Shown here: piece by piece, positions 1 through 9,537 of the stretch | How positions within the stretch are numbered: position 1 is the stretch's first letter | Layout: every line of letters begins with the position of its first letter | Source: Elusimicrobiota bacterium | Lineage (GTDB): Bacteria; Elusimicrobiota; Elusimicrobia; FEN-1173; JAKLIF01 | DNA length: 64,000 nucleotides | Reading direction: 5' to 3' | Assembly (NCBI GenBank): GCA_022709755.1 | Contig: JAKLIF010000001.1 | Location: 318,661 to 382,660 of the forward strand | Notes under the pieces: generated by a model | Told to the model about the DNA's origin: nothing | Database searches by the model: none | Seen by the model: only the letters and a program-made list of their open reading frames with translations | Program-made: the position numbers and the translations under genes

Positions 1-1875
1 CCCCTCCACCGGTTGGCCGAGCGCGAACAACGAAGAGACCATGACGATACACACCCCGACGAATTGGGAGGCGGTCCGAAGACAGGGCCCGCGTTGTAAA
101 AATCCCAGCAGATGTCCCCACCCCCTTCTCCCCGAGGACAACAACCGGCCCACCACCGAACCCACCACGGGAGCGAGGGGATCGTGTTCCTTTCCCGAAC
201 GGCCCGTCTCATCCAGGACGACGGGGGCCAGACAGGGGATCACGGTGAGGGACACGATCAACGAGGAGACCAGTGACGCGGTCACCGCCAGACCCAGGTC
301 GGAATAGAAGCCCGTGACGTCGGGAGGGAGGAACAGGAACGGAAGGAAGACGACCAGGGTGGTGACCGTGGAGGCCAACAGCGGGCCCGCCGCCGATTCC
401 GCCGCCGGCGCCACCGATTCGGATCGAGATCCGACCTCGGCGCCCTCCCACCGCTCCCGGATCCGTTCGAACACGACGATGGCGTTGTCGACCAGAAGAC
501 CGGCGCCGAGCGCCAAGCCGAACAGAGTCATCGCATTCAACGTGGCTCCCGCCGACTTCAACAGGATGAGACTCAGAAGGAGGGAGAGCGGGATCACGCC
601 CCCCACCAGGAGCGCGGGACGGAGAGAGCGGAAGCGAATGCCGGAAGCGAACACGACGACCAGGACGACACCGAGGAGGATCTCGATGGCGACGGATTCC
701 CACTGGAAGAGGGCTCTGCCGCACAACAGGAACACCGTGCCGGCGAGGAGCGAAATTCCGCCCCACCGGAGATGTCTCGACGCCGTGTGGATGACGGAGA
801 GGACCAGCACGATCAGGAGAACCCCGAACAGAACCGATATCCTCATGGACCGGATGCTGGAGCGGACCAGCGCCGCCTGATCGACGATGACGACGGACTG
901 GACGTTTTTCCGCCACCCCGCCGGCAGGCCGCCCCAGACTTCCCGCAGGCAACGTTGAACGGAACGGGCCACCGTCAGCGTGTTGGCCGACGATTCCTTT
1001 TGGACGTAGATCGATATGGCCGGGCGGCCGTTCAGTCGGGAGAATCCTTCCGGCTCCAGCGGGGATTCCTCGACGGTGGCCACCTGACCCAAGCGGATCG
1101 TTTCCCGCGACAGGTCTCGTCCGACCCGCACGTTCCGGATGTCTTCCACGCGGGGGAACAGGGCATCCAGCCGGACCGAGAGGTTCCGTTCCCCCGTCTC
1201 GCCGGATCCGACCTTCACAGCCAGATTCCTCTTTGACAGAAGAGACGTGACGCGCTGAACGGAGAGGCCGTAGGCGGCCATCCGGCTCTGATCCAGACTC
1301 ACGATGACCTTCTTCTCCCGGCCGCCGGCCAACTCGACATTGGCCACGCCGGGAACACGCAGTAAGCGTTCGCGGACGTGCCGGTCCGCCCAGGAACGGA
1401 TCTCCTCCGGGCTCGACGAATCGCTCGTCAGAGCGGCCACATATACCGGCGCGTCCGAATCCTCGTAATGGGCGATGACGGGTTTTTCAGTTTCGGGAGG
1501 GAGCTGGTCCGCGATCTGTTCGATCCGTTCATGAACCGCCACGGTCATCCGCGGCATATCGGCTTTGGAATCGAAGGTCAGGCCGACGACACAGCGGCCG
1601 TATTTGGCCACGGAAGAGACCGCCTCCAGATGGGGCAGACCCTCCAACGCCGATTCCAGGGGTTTGGAGAGACGTTCCTCGACCTCCAGGGGCGCAAGCC
1701 CCCCTCGGACCAGGACGCTGACGGTGATTATTTGAGATGCGTGATTCGGAAGGAGTTCAACAGGGAGAGATCTCAGCGATAAAAATCCGCCTACCAGCAG
1801 CCCCGCGACGAGGACCGAAAACAACGTCCGTCGGCGCAGAACCCACCGTGGCGCCCCGCGTGCAAAGACGAGCAC
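1..1875 (-). CDS. RND-family (AcrB/CzcA-like) efflux transporter permease, N-terminal ~625 aa; C-terminus runs off the window start
   Basis: Manual translation of the minus strand (1920->1620) gives ...RRRTLFSVLVAGLLVGGFLSLRSLPVELLPNHASQIITVSVLVRGGLAPLEVEERLSKPLESALEGLPHLEA..., a canonical RND N-terminus (TM1 followed by the first periplasmic loop). The same frame is open at ~700 (LRWGGISLLAGTVFLLCGRALFQWES, TM-like). It is absent from the ORF track because there is no stop codon inside the window. Start is ambiguous (GTG 1875 or TTG 1914). Confidence 0.75.
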   Translation of the reverse strand, partial: MLVFARGAPRWVLRRRTLFSVLVAGLLVGGFLSLRSLPVELLPNHASQIITVSVLVRGGLAPLEVEERLSKPLESALEGLPHLEAVSSVAKYGRCVVGLTFDSKADMPRMTVAVHERIEQIADQLPPETEKPVIAHYEDSDAPVYVAALTSDSSSPEEIRSWADRHVRERLLRVPGVANVELAGGREKKVIVSLDQSRMAAYGLSVQRVTSLLSKRNLAVKVGSGETGERNLSVRLDALFPRVEDIRNVRVGRDLSRETIRLGQVATVEESPLEPEGFSRLNGRPAISIYVQKESSANTLTVARSVQRCLREVWGGLPAGWRKNVQSVVIVDQAALVRSSIRSMRISVLFGVLLIVLVLSVIHTASRHLRWGGISLLAGTVFLLCGRALFQWESVAIEILLGVVLVVVFASGIRFRSLRPALLVGGVIPLSLLLSLILLKSAGATLNAMTLFGLALGAGLLVDNAIVVFERIRERWEGAEVGSRSESVAPAAESAAGPLLASTVTTLVVFLPFLFLPPDVTGFYSDLGLAVTASLVSSLIVSLTVIPCLAPVVLDETGRSGKEHDPLAPVVGSVVGRLLSSGRRGWGHLLGFLQRGPCLRTASQFVGVCIVMVSSLFALGQPVEG

Positions 1876-2111
1876 GAACAGGGTGAATGAAACAGGTATG
1901 ACCAAAGATTCCAACTAGCAGCCGCAGGGTTTCTTGGGGCCCATAAATTTCTCCTTGTTTGTTTTCGTTGGTGACGAACTCTACGCCTCTTATTGTACCA
2001 ATTTTCAAAGCCGGGGTGTCAACGCCCTCTTTTTCTTCGACCGGCCGACATGAATTTTGATAGAATAAAAAGGTGGGCTCCAAATGGGACCTCACGAGGC
2101 TGGTTCGATAT

Positions 2112-2184
2112 GGCGGGGTAGCTCAGTTGGTAGAGCAGCGGACTCATAAGCCGTTGGTCGCCGGTTCAAATCCGGCCCCCGCTA
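2112..2184 (+). tRNA. tRNA-Met (anticodon CAU), elongator type; tRNA-Ile(LAU) not excluded
   Basis: Cloverleaf folded by hand: acceptor GGCGGGG/CCCCGCT (G1:U72), D-arm GCTC-AGTTGGTA-GAGC, anticodon stem GCGGA/GCCGT with loop CTCATAA (CAT), T-arm GCCGG-TTCAAAT-CCGGC, discriminator A, no encoded CCA. C11:G24 and lack of three consecutive G:C pairs in the anticodon stem argue against an initiator tRNA. Confidence 0.85.
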
Positions 2185-2234
2185 TTTCCTTTTTTCCTCA
2201 TATTCTCCGATCCCCCTGACATAAGAAGAGCTCC

Positions 2235-4499
2235 ATGAAATCAAAGACAGCCCTCATCCCCCTGCTGACCGCCCTGATGTTCCTGATTCCGGGCCGACCT
2301 CTCCATGGCGCGCCGAAGAACGTCATCCTGTTCATCGGGGACGGGATGGGTCCCGAACAGATCAAGGCGGCCGGCATCTACAAGAACGGCCAGTCCGGTT
2401 CACTCAACTTCGAATCCTTCCCCCATCAGGGGACTTTTACGACCTATTCGGCGGACAATGCCGTCACCGATTCCGCGGCGGCGGCCACGGCCATCGCGAC
2501 CGGCCATAAGGTCAACAACGGCGTTGTCAGCCAACAGACGCCGGGAGATGGTAGCGAGCTAGAAACCCTGCTCGAATATTTCAAAACCCGCGGTAAGAAA
2601 ACAGGGCTCGTCACCACCACGTACATCACCCACGCCACGCCGGCCTGTTTCGGGGCCCATGAATCCAGCCGCAACAACGAAACAGAGATCGCCGGGGACT
2701 TCCTGAACCAGACGCTGCCCGACGTCCTCTACGGTGGAGGAGCCCACGGTATGACGCCCGCCGACGCCCTCACCGCCGGGTATACGGTCGTCACCGACCG
2801 GAGCGAGATGCAATCCTTGGACACGGAGACGGTCGCCCGCGTCTCGGGCCAGTTCGGGACCAGTTACCTCCCCTTCGAAGCGGACGGATTGGGAACTCTG
2901 CCGCACCTTTCCGAGATGACGGCGTCCGCTCTGGCCGTCCTGGACGGAGACGCAGACGGTTTTTTCCTCATGGTCGAAGGAGGGATAATAGACACGGCGG
3001 GACACGCGAACCACCTTCAGCGGAACATATTCGAAACGATCGAATTCTCCAGCGCGGTCCAAGTCGCCCTCGATTGGGCTCAGGGGCGCACGGACACCCT
3101 CATCCTGGTCACGGCCGACCACGAGACGGGCGGGTTGACGGTCACGCAAAACAACGGGCAGGGCAACCTTCCGGATGTGACATGGGCATCAGTCGACCAT
3201 ACCGCAACGGACGTCCCCGCGTATGCCCGGGGCCCCAACTCGGGATTGGTCTCGGGAACGATGAACAACACGGACATCTTCCGTATCTGCACGGTGGACA
3301 CCGCCGACATCAACGGCCATGTCCGGGACCTCCGGGGAACCGGCTTGTCCGGGATGACGCTGGTTCTATCGGGGGACGTCTCGACCTCCACCGTCACCGA
3401 CGCGAGCGGATATTACGAATTCGCCACCCTCTTTTCGACGGTCTCCTACACCGTGATGCCCTCCTCGTCGGCGACCCTTCAATTCTCGCCGGCTCAACGC
3501 GATTACAACCCGTTGGGCCCGACGAAGACGGCGGCGGATTTCACCCGCAAAAACTATTCCATCGGCGGCACACTCCGCGACATCCACTCCCAACCGATCT
3601 CCGGCGCCTCGATGACCCTCTCGGGGGGCTCTTCGGCGGCCTCCACGACGGACAGCGGCGGGGCCTATGCGTTCTCCATGCTCACCCCGTCCCTCGACTA
3701 CACGCTGACCCCTTCGAGAACCGGCTATGATTTCACTCCCGTCTCAAAGAGCGTGACCTCCCTGCAATCCGATCAAACGAACGTCGATTTTCAAGGGATC
3801 GTGACCCCGCTGAACACATCGATCCCCTCGACCGACCCGGTGTCGCTGCAATACGAACTCCCGGCGGGAAAGATCGACCTGAACCTCCCTTCCCAGGTGT
3901 TCGGGGAGACCGTGACCCTGACCCTGTCGGAACCAGGATCGTTTCCTCCCATGTCTTCCACCCACGGGAATCTTCGGGGTATCAACGTCGGTGTCGAAAT
4001 CACCAACGATAAGAACCTCCAACCGCGAAGAGAGATCAGCCTGACTTTACGTTACCGGGATTCCGACGTGACGGGGCTGGATGAATCGGCGCTGAAGGTG
4101 GCTTACTATGACGGGACTACGGCCACCTGGACACCCTGCCCGTCGACCCCGGACCCCGCCCGCAATCAGGTGACGGCCCTCCTCCAGCACCTGAGCGTGT
4201 TCCAGATCGTCGCCATGGCCCCCCCGGCGAACATCGATCGGGTCATCGCTTATCCCAATCCGTTCCGCCCGGGTCTGGGACACGCCCGAATCACCTTCAC
4301 GAACCTGACCCAAGACGCCACTCTTCACATCTACACGAGTTCGGGGGAACTGGTGAAAAAACTTTCAGCGGACACCTCCGGACAGGCCTTTTGGACGGGT
4401 CACAATGACCACGGGAACCGCGTGGCCAGCGGGGTCTATTTCGTCCTCGTCAAAGACGGAGAGGACACGAAACGATTGAAATTGGCCGTGATCCGCTGA
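2235..4499 (+). CDS. Secreted alkaline phosphatase (PhoA family) with two carboxypeptidase-regulatory/Ig-like repeats and a T9SS-type/FlgD-Ig-like C-terminal domain
   Basis: N-terminal signal peptide (MKSKTALIPLLTALMFLIPG). PhoA motifs FIGDGMG and catalytic-Ser motif TDSAAAATA. Two internal repeats (LSGMTLVLSGDVSTSTVTDASGYYEF / ISGASMTLSGGSSAASTTDSGGAYAF). C-terminus AYPNPF...LHIYTSSGELVKKL...WTGHNDHGNRVASGVYFVLVKDGEDTKRLKLAVIR matches the por-secretion/FlgD-like sorting domain pattern. AAGGAG-like SD upstream. Confidence 0.85.
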   Translation: MKSKTALIPLLTALMFLIPGRPLHGAPKNVILFIGDGMGPEQIKAAGIYKNGQSGSLNFESFPHQGTFTTYSADNAVTDSAAAATAIATGHKVNNGVVSQQTPGDGSELETLLEYFKTRGKKTGLVTTTYITHATPACFGAHESSRNNETEIAGDFLNQTLPDVLYGGGAHGMTPADALTAGYTVVTDRSEMQSLDTETVARVSGQFGTSYLPFEADGLGTLPHLSEMTASALAVLDGDADGFFLMVEGGIIDTAGHANHLQRNIFETIEFSSAVQVALDWAQGRTDTLILVTADHETGGLTVTQNNGQGNLPDVTWASVDHTATDVPAYARGPNSGLVSGTMNNTDIFRICTVDTADINGHVRDLRGTGLSGMTLVLSGDVSTSTVTDASGYYEFATLFSTVSYTVMPSSSATLQFSPAQRDYNPLGPTKTAADFTRKNYSIGGTLRDIHSQPISGASMTLSGGSSAASTTDSGGAYAFSMLTPSLDYTLTPSRTGYDFTPVSKSVTSLQSDQTNVDFQGIVTPLNTSIPSTDPVSLQYELPAGKIDLNLPSQVFGETVTLTLSEPGSFPPMSSTHGNLRGINVGVEITNDKNLQPRREISLTLRYRDSDVTGLDESALKVAYYDGTTATWTPCPSTPDPARNQVTALLQHLSVFQIVAMAPPANIDRVIAYPNPFRPGLGHARITFTNLTQDATLHIYTSSGELVKKLSADTSGQAFWTGHNDHGNRVASGVYFVLVKDGEDTKRLKLAVIR

Positions 4500-4592
4500 C
4501 GTCGCGGCCTCCCCGCCCTGCCAAAGCCCGAAAAGTTTTGTAAAATCACTTCGACCAGACGGTGGAACCCACATTGAAAAAGGAGATTCGAC

Positions 4593-5339
4593 ATGATCAA
4601 ACTCGTTTTAGTCCGGCACGGGGAAAGCACTTGGAACAAGGAGAACCGCTTCACGGGATGGACGGACGTGGATCTCTCCGACACGGGAAGGACTGAGGCC
4701 CGCGAGGCCGGCGTCGTCCTGAAACGAGAGGGATACGTTTTCGATGTCGCCTACACCTCGCTCCTCAAACGCGCCATCCGCACATTATGGTCGATCCTCG
4801 ACGAGATGGACCTCATGTGGATCCCGGTGCATCGCACGTGGAGACTGAACGAACGGCACTATGGCGCCCTGCAGGGGCTCAACAAAGCGGAGACGGCGGC
4901 GAAGTTCGGGGAAGATCAGGTCAAGGTTTGGCGGCGGAGCTATGACGTTCCGCCCCCGGCCCTGGAACCGTCGGACGAGAGATATCCCGGACGCGATCCC
5001 CGATACAAATCCCTGACCCCGGCCGAGTTGCCGAAGACGGAATGCCTCAAAGACACGGTGGCCCGGTTCCTCCCCCTCTGGAAAGAATCTATTTCATCGG
5101 ATGTCCGCGCGGGGAAGAAAGTCCTGATCGCCGCGCACGGGAACAGTCTGCGGGCCCTGGTCAAATACCTGGACGACATCTCGGACGCCGATATCACGGA
5201 ACTCAACATCCCGACGGGGATGCCTCTGGTCTACGAGCTGGACGATCGGCTGAAACCGATCAAGAAGTATTATCTGGGAGACGCGGAAAAAGTGCGGAAG
5301 GCCATGGAAGCCGTCGCCAATCAAGGAAAGAAAAAATAA
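4593..5339 (+). CDS. gpmA: 2,3-bisphosphoglycerate-dependent phosphoglycerate mutase
   Basis: [26 protein letters not shown] (catalytic His in the RHGE motif), ...[10 protein letters not shown]; ~248 aa, typical dPGM length. AAGGAG SD 8 nt upstream of the ATG. Confidence 0.93.
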   Translation: MIKLVLVRHGESTWNKENRFTGWTDVDLSDTGRTEAREAGVVLKREGYVFDVAYTSLLKRAIRTLWSILDEMDLMWIPVHRTWRLNERHYGALQGLNKAETAAKFGEDQVKVWRRSYDVPPPALEPSDERYPGRDPRYKSLTPAELPKTECLKDTVARFLPLWKESISSDVRAGKKVLIAAHGNSLRALVKYLDDISDADITELNIPTGMPLVYELDDRLKPIKKYYLGDAEKVRKAMEAVANQGKKK

Positions 5340-5342
5340 TCC

Positions 5343-6710
5343 CTAGCGGAGCCGCTCGAGGACCGAGCGGCCCGAACTCAACAACCGGGCGAACATCTCC
5401 GCCCGGACGAACGGATAAATCAGATACGGATGGCCCGATTCCAGGACGGCGGCCATCGTCTTCTCGTCAACCCGGTGATCGTCATCCTGCAGCACGACCA
5501 CGCGCCAAGCCCTCGGGAGAAAACCGTCCAACTTGGGATCGCGGGTCCGGCCCGCGTGATAGAGCAACGTGAGCCCGGCCGATTTGGCCGTCTCGAAATA
5601 GCCGCTGCCTTCTGATTCGTCCCCCCCGATCAAAACCAACGTCTCCCCCCGATAGACCGTCGGAACCGACCCGGAAGACGATTCCATCACCTTCTTCAGG
5701 ACCGCGATCGTGGTCCGCTGTTCGGATTGGGTCCGTTGGAGGACCGGGAGATCCCCCTGAAGTTTCACCGCCTCCTCCGACTTCTCCTCAAACACCCGTC
5801 TCAACCGAAGGAGCTCGTGCTCCAGTTCCGCCATCCTCTTCTGATTCTTCTTGATCCGGCCCTCCGCCTCCTGAAGGTCGGCGAGTCGCTTCTCCAACGA
5901 GGCTATTTTAGATTCCAGTTGAACCCGCGCCTTTTCTCCGGCGGAGCCGGCCTGCTGGAGTTTCTTCTGTTCTTCCGTCAGCCGGAGGATCCTCTCTTCC
6001 AGTTCCAGACGCCGATTGTTCTCCTCCCGCCAACGAGCCGACACCGCTTCTTTCTCGATGACCAGTTCATCGACCTCGTTTTTTAAGCGCTTGAGGTCGT
6101 CGCCCTCCTCCAGCGGCGGGAGTTTCCAAAAAGAGTCCTCCCCCTCGGGCGTGAGGCGGTTTTCCCCGGCCGCCCGGACGATCTCATCCAATTTCCCGTC
6201 CTTCTCGGAAACAGTCTTCAATATCTGGAACGCCAACCGACGGAGCGGCTCATTCGTCGATAGGAGGAACAGCCAGAACGTCAAGGGAAACCCCATCCGT
6301 TCGACGAACCGCCAGGGGTTCTTCTGGACATCCCCGACGTTGAGCATCTTCAGGGAATCCGTCTCTTTCCGATGGCCTTCCAGCCATTTCAGCACCAGGT
6401 GGGATTGGAACGGAAGCTCGCGTTGAAGCCGCTTCTTCAATATCTTCACGGCCTCCGCGCGGGGAACGCTGTCCGGACGGTAGCCATGGATCTTGAAACG
6501 AACCACGGTCTCCTTCGCCAGATCGTGCAATAACCGGGGATCCAGATCCTCCAGGAACCAGGTCAACAACGCGTCCGGGACAGACGGCGGGATGGGGAAT
6601 CGGGGCCCGACGGGGCGCGGGGGGACCCCGCGCTGTATGTTCTGTATCGCCCGGAGCGCGTCCAGGTGGATGTTCATTTTTTTAAACGGATCGGGAGGCG
6701 GATGGGGCAT
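5343..6710 (-). CDS. Hypothetical protein: central ~150-aa coiled coil plus a C-terminal alpha/beta domain of unknown function
   Basis: 455-aa ORF. Heptad-rich E/K/L/R segment (LKRLKNEVDELVIEKEAVSARWREENNRRLELEERILRLTEEQKKLQ...LADLQEAEGRIKKNQKRMAELEHELLRLRR). C-terminal LVLIGGDESEGSGYFETAKSAGLTLLYHAG... Last gene of the co-directional block that begins at the TonB-dependent receptor. Confidence 0.7.
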   Translation of the reverse strand: MPHPPPDPFKKMNIHLDALRAIQNIQRGVPPRPVGPRFPIPPSVPDALLTWFLEDLDPRLLHDLAKETVVRFKIHGYRPDSVPRAEAVKILKKRLQRELPFQSHLVLKWLEGHRKETDSLKMLNVGDVQKNPWRFVERMGFPLTFWLFLLSTNEPLRRLAFQILKTVSEKDGKLDEIVRAAGENRLTPEGEDSFWKLPPLEEGDDLKRLKNEVDELVIEKEAVSARWREENNRRLELEERILRLTEEQKKLQQAGSAGEKARVQLESKIASLEKRLADLQEAEGRIKKNQKRMAELEHELLRLRRVFEEKSEEAVKLQGDLPVLQRTQSEQRTTIAVLKKVMESSSGSVPTVYRGETLVLIGGDESEGSGYFETAKSAGLTLLYHAGRTRDPKLDGFLPRAWRVVVLQDDDHRVDEKTMAAVLESGHPYLIYPFVRAEMFARLLSSGRSVLERLR

Positions 6711-6721
6711 GGGCTCCTCTT

Positions 6722-7756
6722 TTATAAAGGCAAGGCGATGTACTCCAGATGAAGGACATCCTGAGTCAGGTTCTCGAAATAGTAAGGGCTATCCGGGGGG
6801 ATCAAGAGATATCCATAATCCATCTCCTGCTGTTCGGACCCGATGTAGGCCAGGCCGCGCCCTTTGCTCACCCGATAGATCAGGCTGAGCCCCTTCTCCC
6901 GCACGGTGACCGTCCTTCCTCCCGGAGGAACGATGAACCCACCCACCCGGTGAGGGGAATTCGTCGGGAGAAGCCCCTGCGACTGATAGAACGGGGCGAC
7001 GTCGAAACGGGCCGCTTCGGACAGTTCTCCGGGGGCCACGACCTGGGTGACCGGCCCCCGCGTCTTCTTGCCCGGAGTCTCGATGGCCTTGAGCAGTCTC
7101 CAGAGATCGCGCGCCAAAACCGCTTCCACCGACCAGTCCTCATGAGGGCGGCCCGGGGAGGACCGGGTCTCATCGGCCTGGATCAACAACGGGGGCATGG
7201 CATTATAGAGCAGTTGCCGCTCGGTCGCCGACTTCAACGACTCATAGCGGGTCATGATATCCCAATAGATCCGGCTTTCCGGCTCTCCCAGTCGCCGGCG
7301 AAGAAGAACGTCCTCCAACAACCCGTCGAATTCACGGCGATAGCGTTCCCAACTCTGAAATACCAGTTTTTCCGCTTCGGGGTCGGCCGGGACGGATCTT
7401 CCCCGGGACCGCTGCATCCGGACCGACTGAGACCGCTGCCGAAGGGATTGAACGTCGCCGTCGAGCGTCGTCGGGGGGGTCCCCCCCGCGACCTTGAACT
7501 GTTCGTGGAGCTCCCGAAGGCGTTCTTCTCCCAGTTTCGTGACCCGCTGATAGTCGTAGTGGGCGGCCCGCACGCGCTCGCAGGTCAACCGAGAGACAGC
7601 CTCCACATCGGCCTTGAACTGTCGGGACGAGGGCGGGTCTCCCGCCCAGAGCGTCGCGGGACAAAGGAGCGAAACGGACACCACGGCGATTCGGCATTGA
7701 TGAGAAAAAAAGACGGGCTTTGACATTCTCCGTCTGTGGAAGAGGGGCGGGATCAT
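6722..7756 (-). CDS. Hypothetical secreted protein (signal peptide), no recognisable domain
   Basis: Probable start at MSKPVFFSHQCRIAVVSVSLLCPATLWAG (signal peptide, start ~7726). 4-bp overlap with the upstream GT-C-like paralog (7753-7756). Confidence 0.65.
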   Translation of the reverse strand: MIPPLFHRRRMSKPVFFSHQCRIAVVSVSLLCPATLWAGDPPSSRQFKADVEAVSRLTCERVRAAHYDYQRVTKLGEERLRELHEQFKVAGGTPPTTLDGDVQSLRQRSQSVRMQRSRGRSVPADPEAEKLVFQSWERYRREFDGLLEDVLLRRRLGEPESRIYWDIMTRYESLKSATERQLLYNAMPPLLIQADETRSSPGRPHEDWSVEAVLARDLWRLLKAIETPGKKTRGPVTQVVAPGELSEAARFDVAPFYQSQGLLPTNSPHRVGGFIVPPGGRTVTVREKGLSLIYRVSKGRGLAYIGSEQQEMDYGYLLIPPDSPYYFENLTQDVLHLEYIALPL

Positions 7757-9537
7757 GATCTTAGTCTATCACGTATGAAACGGTTGGGCAACGAACCGGG
7801 AGGAGGCGACATCCCCGATTCCGTTCGTCCGTGACGGGACTTGAAAACAAAAAGATACACCCTCTCCGTCATCCGATAGCCGACCGCATCGCGATACGAA
7901 TCGAATATCTTCCGATACTTGGTTTTATCGACGAGTTTTTGGAGTCCCTCCATCGTTTCCCGACGGACAACCTCCACGGGGCTCCCCTCTCCCCGTTCAT
8001 CATCGACCACCATGAACAGATAGCGGCGACCGTCGAACAGTCCCAGATGCTTCCGTTGCCACTTCTTGCCGGGAGAGGGAAGGATATCATACATGTTCCA
8101 ATCGAAACGGATATCGTTATAAAATGCCTGGGAATCGACCAAATAGGACACCAAGCCCCAATGATTCCTGATCCCCTGCAGAGTCCCATCGGATTGTATC
8201 CTCACCCCGGTCTCCACAACGGGGATCGGGCCCCCCGGCGGGACCGGCTGTTCCTGTTTCAGGTAATGGAACAGCTGTCTCAGGTCATACAGTTCCTGAT
8301 AATAATCCCTCTCGTTGTATTCCCTCGAATGTCCGTGTTGGGGAGCCAAGACGTGGAACCCGGTCAGTGAAGCCAAACAAAACCATATCAGGAATCGTGT
8401 CTTGGGACCGGACCGCTGTATGATCCTCCAAGACAACAGCACGAAGAGCATGATCCCGGCCGAATAAAAAGCCGTGTAATTGCCGACATAAGTCCTCGGC
8501 ACGGCGATCAAGACCAAAAAATTTGCGGCCACAAACGACGAAAGGAACCCAAGAACCCTCCCCCCTTCTTCCGGCGGACGGGACTGCGCGGATTTCAACC
8601 GGATCCGATAATAGAGGAGCGCCACGGAACAGAACGAATAAAACACCGAAGGACCCCAATACCCCTTCAGGTCTCTCATCACGCTCATGAAAGCCCAAGG
8701 AGAACGACTTCCGATGGTGACCGCGTGGGCGCGAAGCAATCCCTTGAAATCGAAATACGGGAAACCATCCGTTAAAAACCGATTCAAACAATAATCCTCC
8801 CGATATCCATTCCCCAGCAGAAGGGCGACGAAGAAGAGGATGAAGACAACCGGCGCGAATTTTTTATCGGCCGAGAAGAACCAATACACCCAGATGATGA
8901 AAAAATAGAGGTAGGCCGAATAATGGATCCATGTGGAGACATAGAACAGAGCACCGAAGAGGATGAGATATCTCATCCTCCGGCCTTCCATATAAATCCA
9001 ATGAATGTGCAGGGCCCAGACAGTGACACAGGCCAGCGGCAAGAAACCGAAATAGCGTCGCGACATCGCAATGACGTTGGGGGTGGTCAGCAACAACATC
9101 GCCCCCACGAGACTGATCAATTCGTTCCGCGTTTGCCGGAAGAGGAACACAGAGACGGCCAGAGCCAACCCGAGCAAAGCCCAGATCATGCTCATCTTAT
9201 AGACAAACAAGGATTTTCCGAAGACCTGGAAACAGACCGCCAGGACCAGCGTTTGCAAATTCTTTCCATACCAATAGTCGCTCCGATGAAAGAGCAGGTC
9301 CCGAATGCTGTCGCGGATATAGCGGCCGGGATCCCGGTCATAATCCGAATACATCCCGGAAGCGGACAGGATCACACCATCGTGATCGAAAGCGAAGATC
9401 TGGTCGCTGATGGCATAACTCGAGTAATCCAGGACCGTATAGCCGACAATCAACGCCAAACAGAGCCCGAACAGAAGCGGGGTCTTATCAATCTTCGATA
9501 TGTCCAAGAGACGCCTCTCCGCGCGACCGGAAGACAA
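7753..9537 (-). CDS. GT-C-like polytopic membrane protein, paralog 1 of 5 (putative PMT_2/ArnT-like glycosyltransferase)
   Basis: 594-aa ORF. TM1 (LLFGLCLALIVGYTVL), then an ~80-aa loop with the acidic motif FAFDHDGVIL...YSDYDRDPGRYIRDSIRDLLFHR, then ~10 more TM helices, then a ~190-aa C-terminal soluble domain. This topology is typical of GT-C enzymes. Family assignment is a fold-level inference. Confidence 0.8.
   Translation of the reverse strand: MSSGRAERRLLDISKIDKTPLLFGLCLALIVGYTVLDYSSYAISDQIFAFDHDGVILSASGMYSDYDRDPGRYIRDSIRDLLFHRSDYWYGKNLQTLVLAVCFQVFGKSLFVYKMSMIWALLGLALAVSVFLFRQTRNELISLVGAMLLLTTPNVIAMSRRYFGFLPLACVTVWALHIHWIYMEGRRMRYLILFGALFYVSTWIHYSAYLYFFIIWVYWFFSADKKFAPVVFILFFVALLLGNGYREDYCLNRFLTDGFPYFDFKGLLRAHAVTIGSRSPWAFMSVMRDLKGYWGPSVFYSFCSVALLYYRIRLKSAQSRPPEEGGRVLGFLSSFVAANFLVLIAVPRTYVGNYTAFYSAGIMLFVLLSWRIIQRSGPKTRFLIWFCLASLTGFHVLAPQHGHSREYNERDYYQELYDLRQLFHYLKQEQPVPPGGPIPVVETGVRIQSDGTLQGIRNHWGLVSYLVDSQAFYNDIRFDWNMYDILPSPGKKWQRKHLGLFDGRRYLFMVVDDERGEGSPVEVVRRETMEGLQKLVDKTKYRKIFDSYRDAVGYRMTERVYLFVFKSRHGRTESGMSPPPGSLPNRFIRDRLRS

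Noticed and set aside
209-1782. Several long ATG-initiated ORFs on both strands (209..952-, 314..880+, 772..1236+, 1378..1782+) with Arg/Pro/Gly-rich translations
   Set aside because: These are alternative-frame shadows of the genuine RND transporter gene in high-GC DNA; their low-complexity composition has no protein-like motifs. The same applies to many other overlapping ORFs in the track (e.g. 23117..23671-, 23672..24400-, 26203..26613-, 35673..36002-).
2112-2184. Considered whether the CAU tRNA is an initiator tRNA-fMet, because its T-arm resembles the E. coli initiator
   Set aside because: It has a C11:G24 pair and lacks the three consecutive G:C pairs (29-31/39-41) diagnostic of initiators, so it is called an elongator Met (or Ile-lysidine) tRNA.
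2195-2234. CTGACATAAGAAG just upstream of the alkaline phosphatase gene considered as a Pho box
   Set aside because: Only one CTGTCAT-like half-site is present, and it lies ~15 nt from the ATG (overlapping the SD region), not at a -35 position. Insufficient for a PhoB site.
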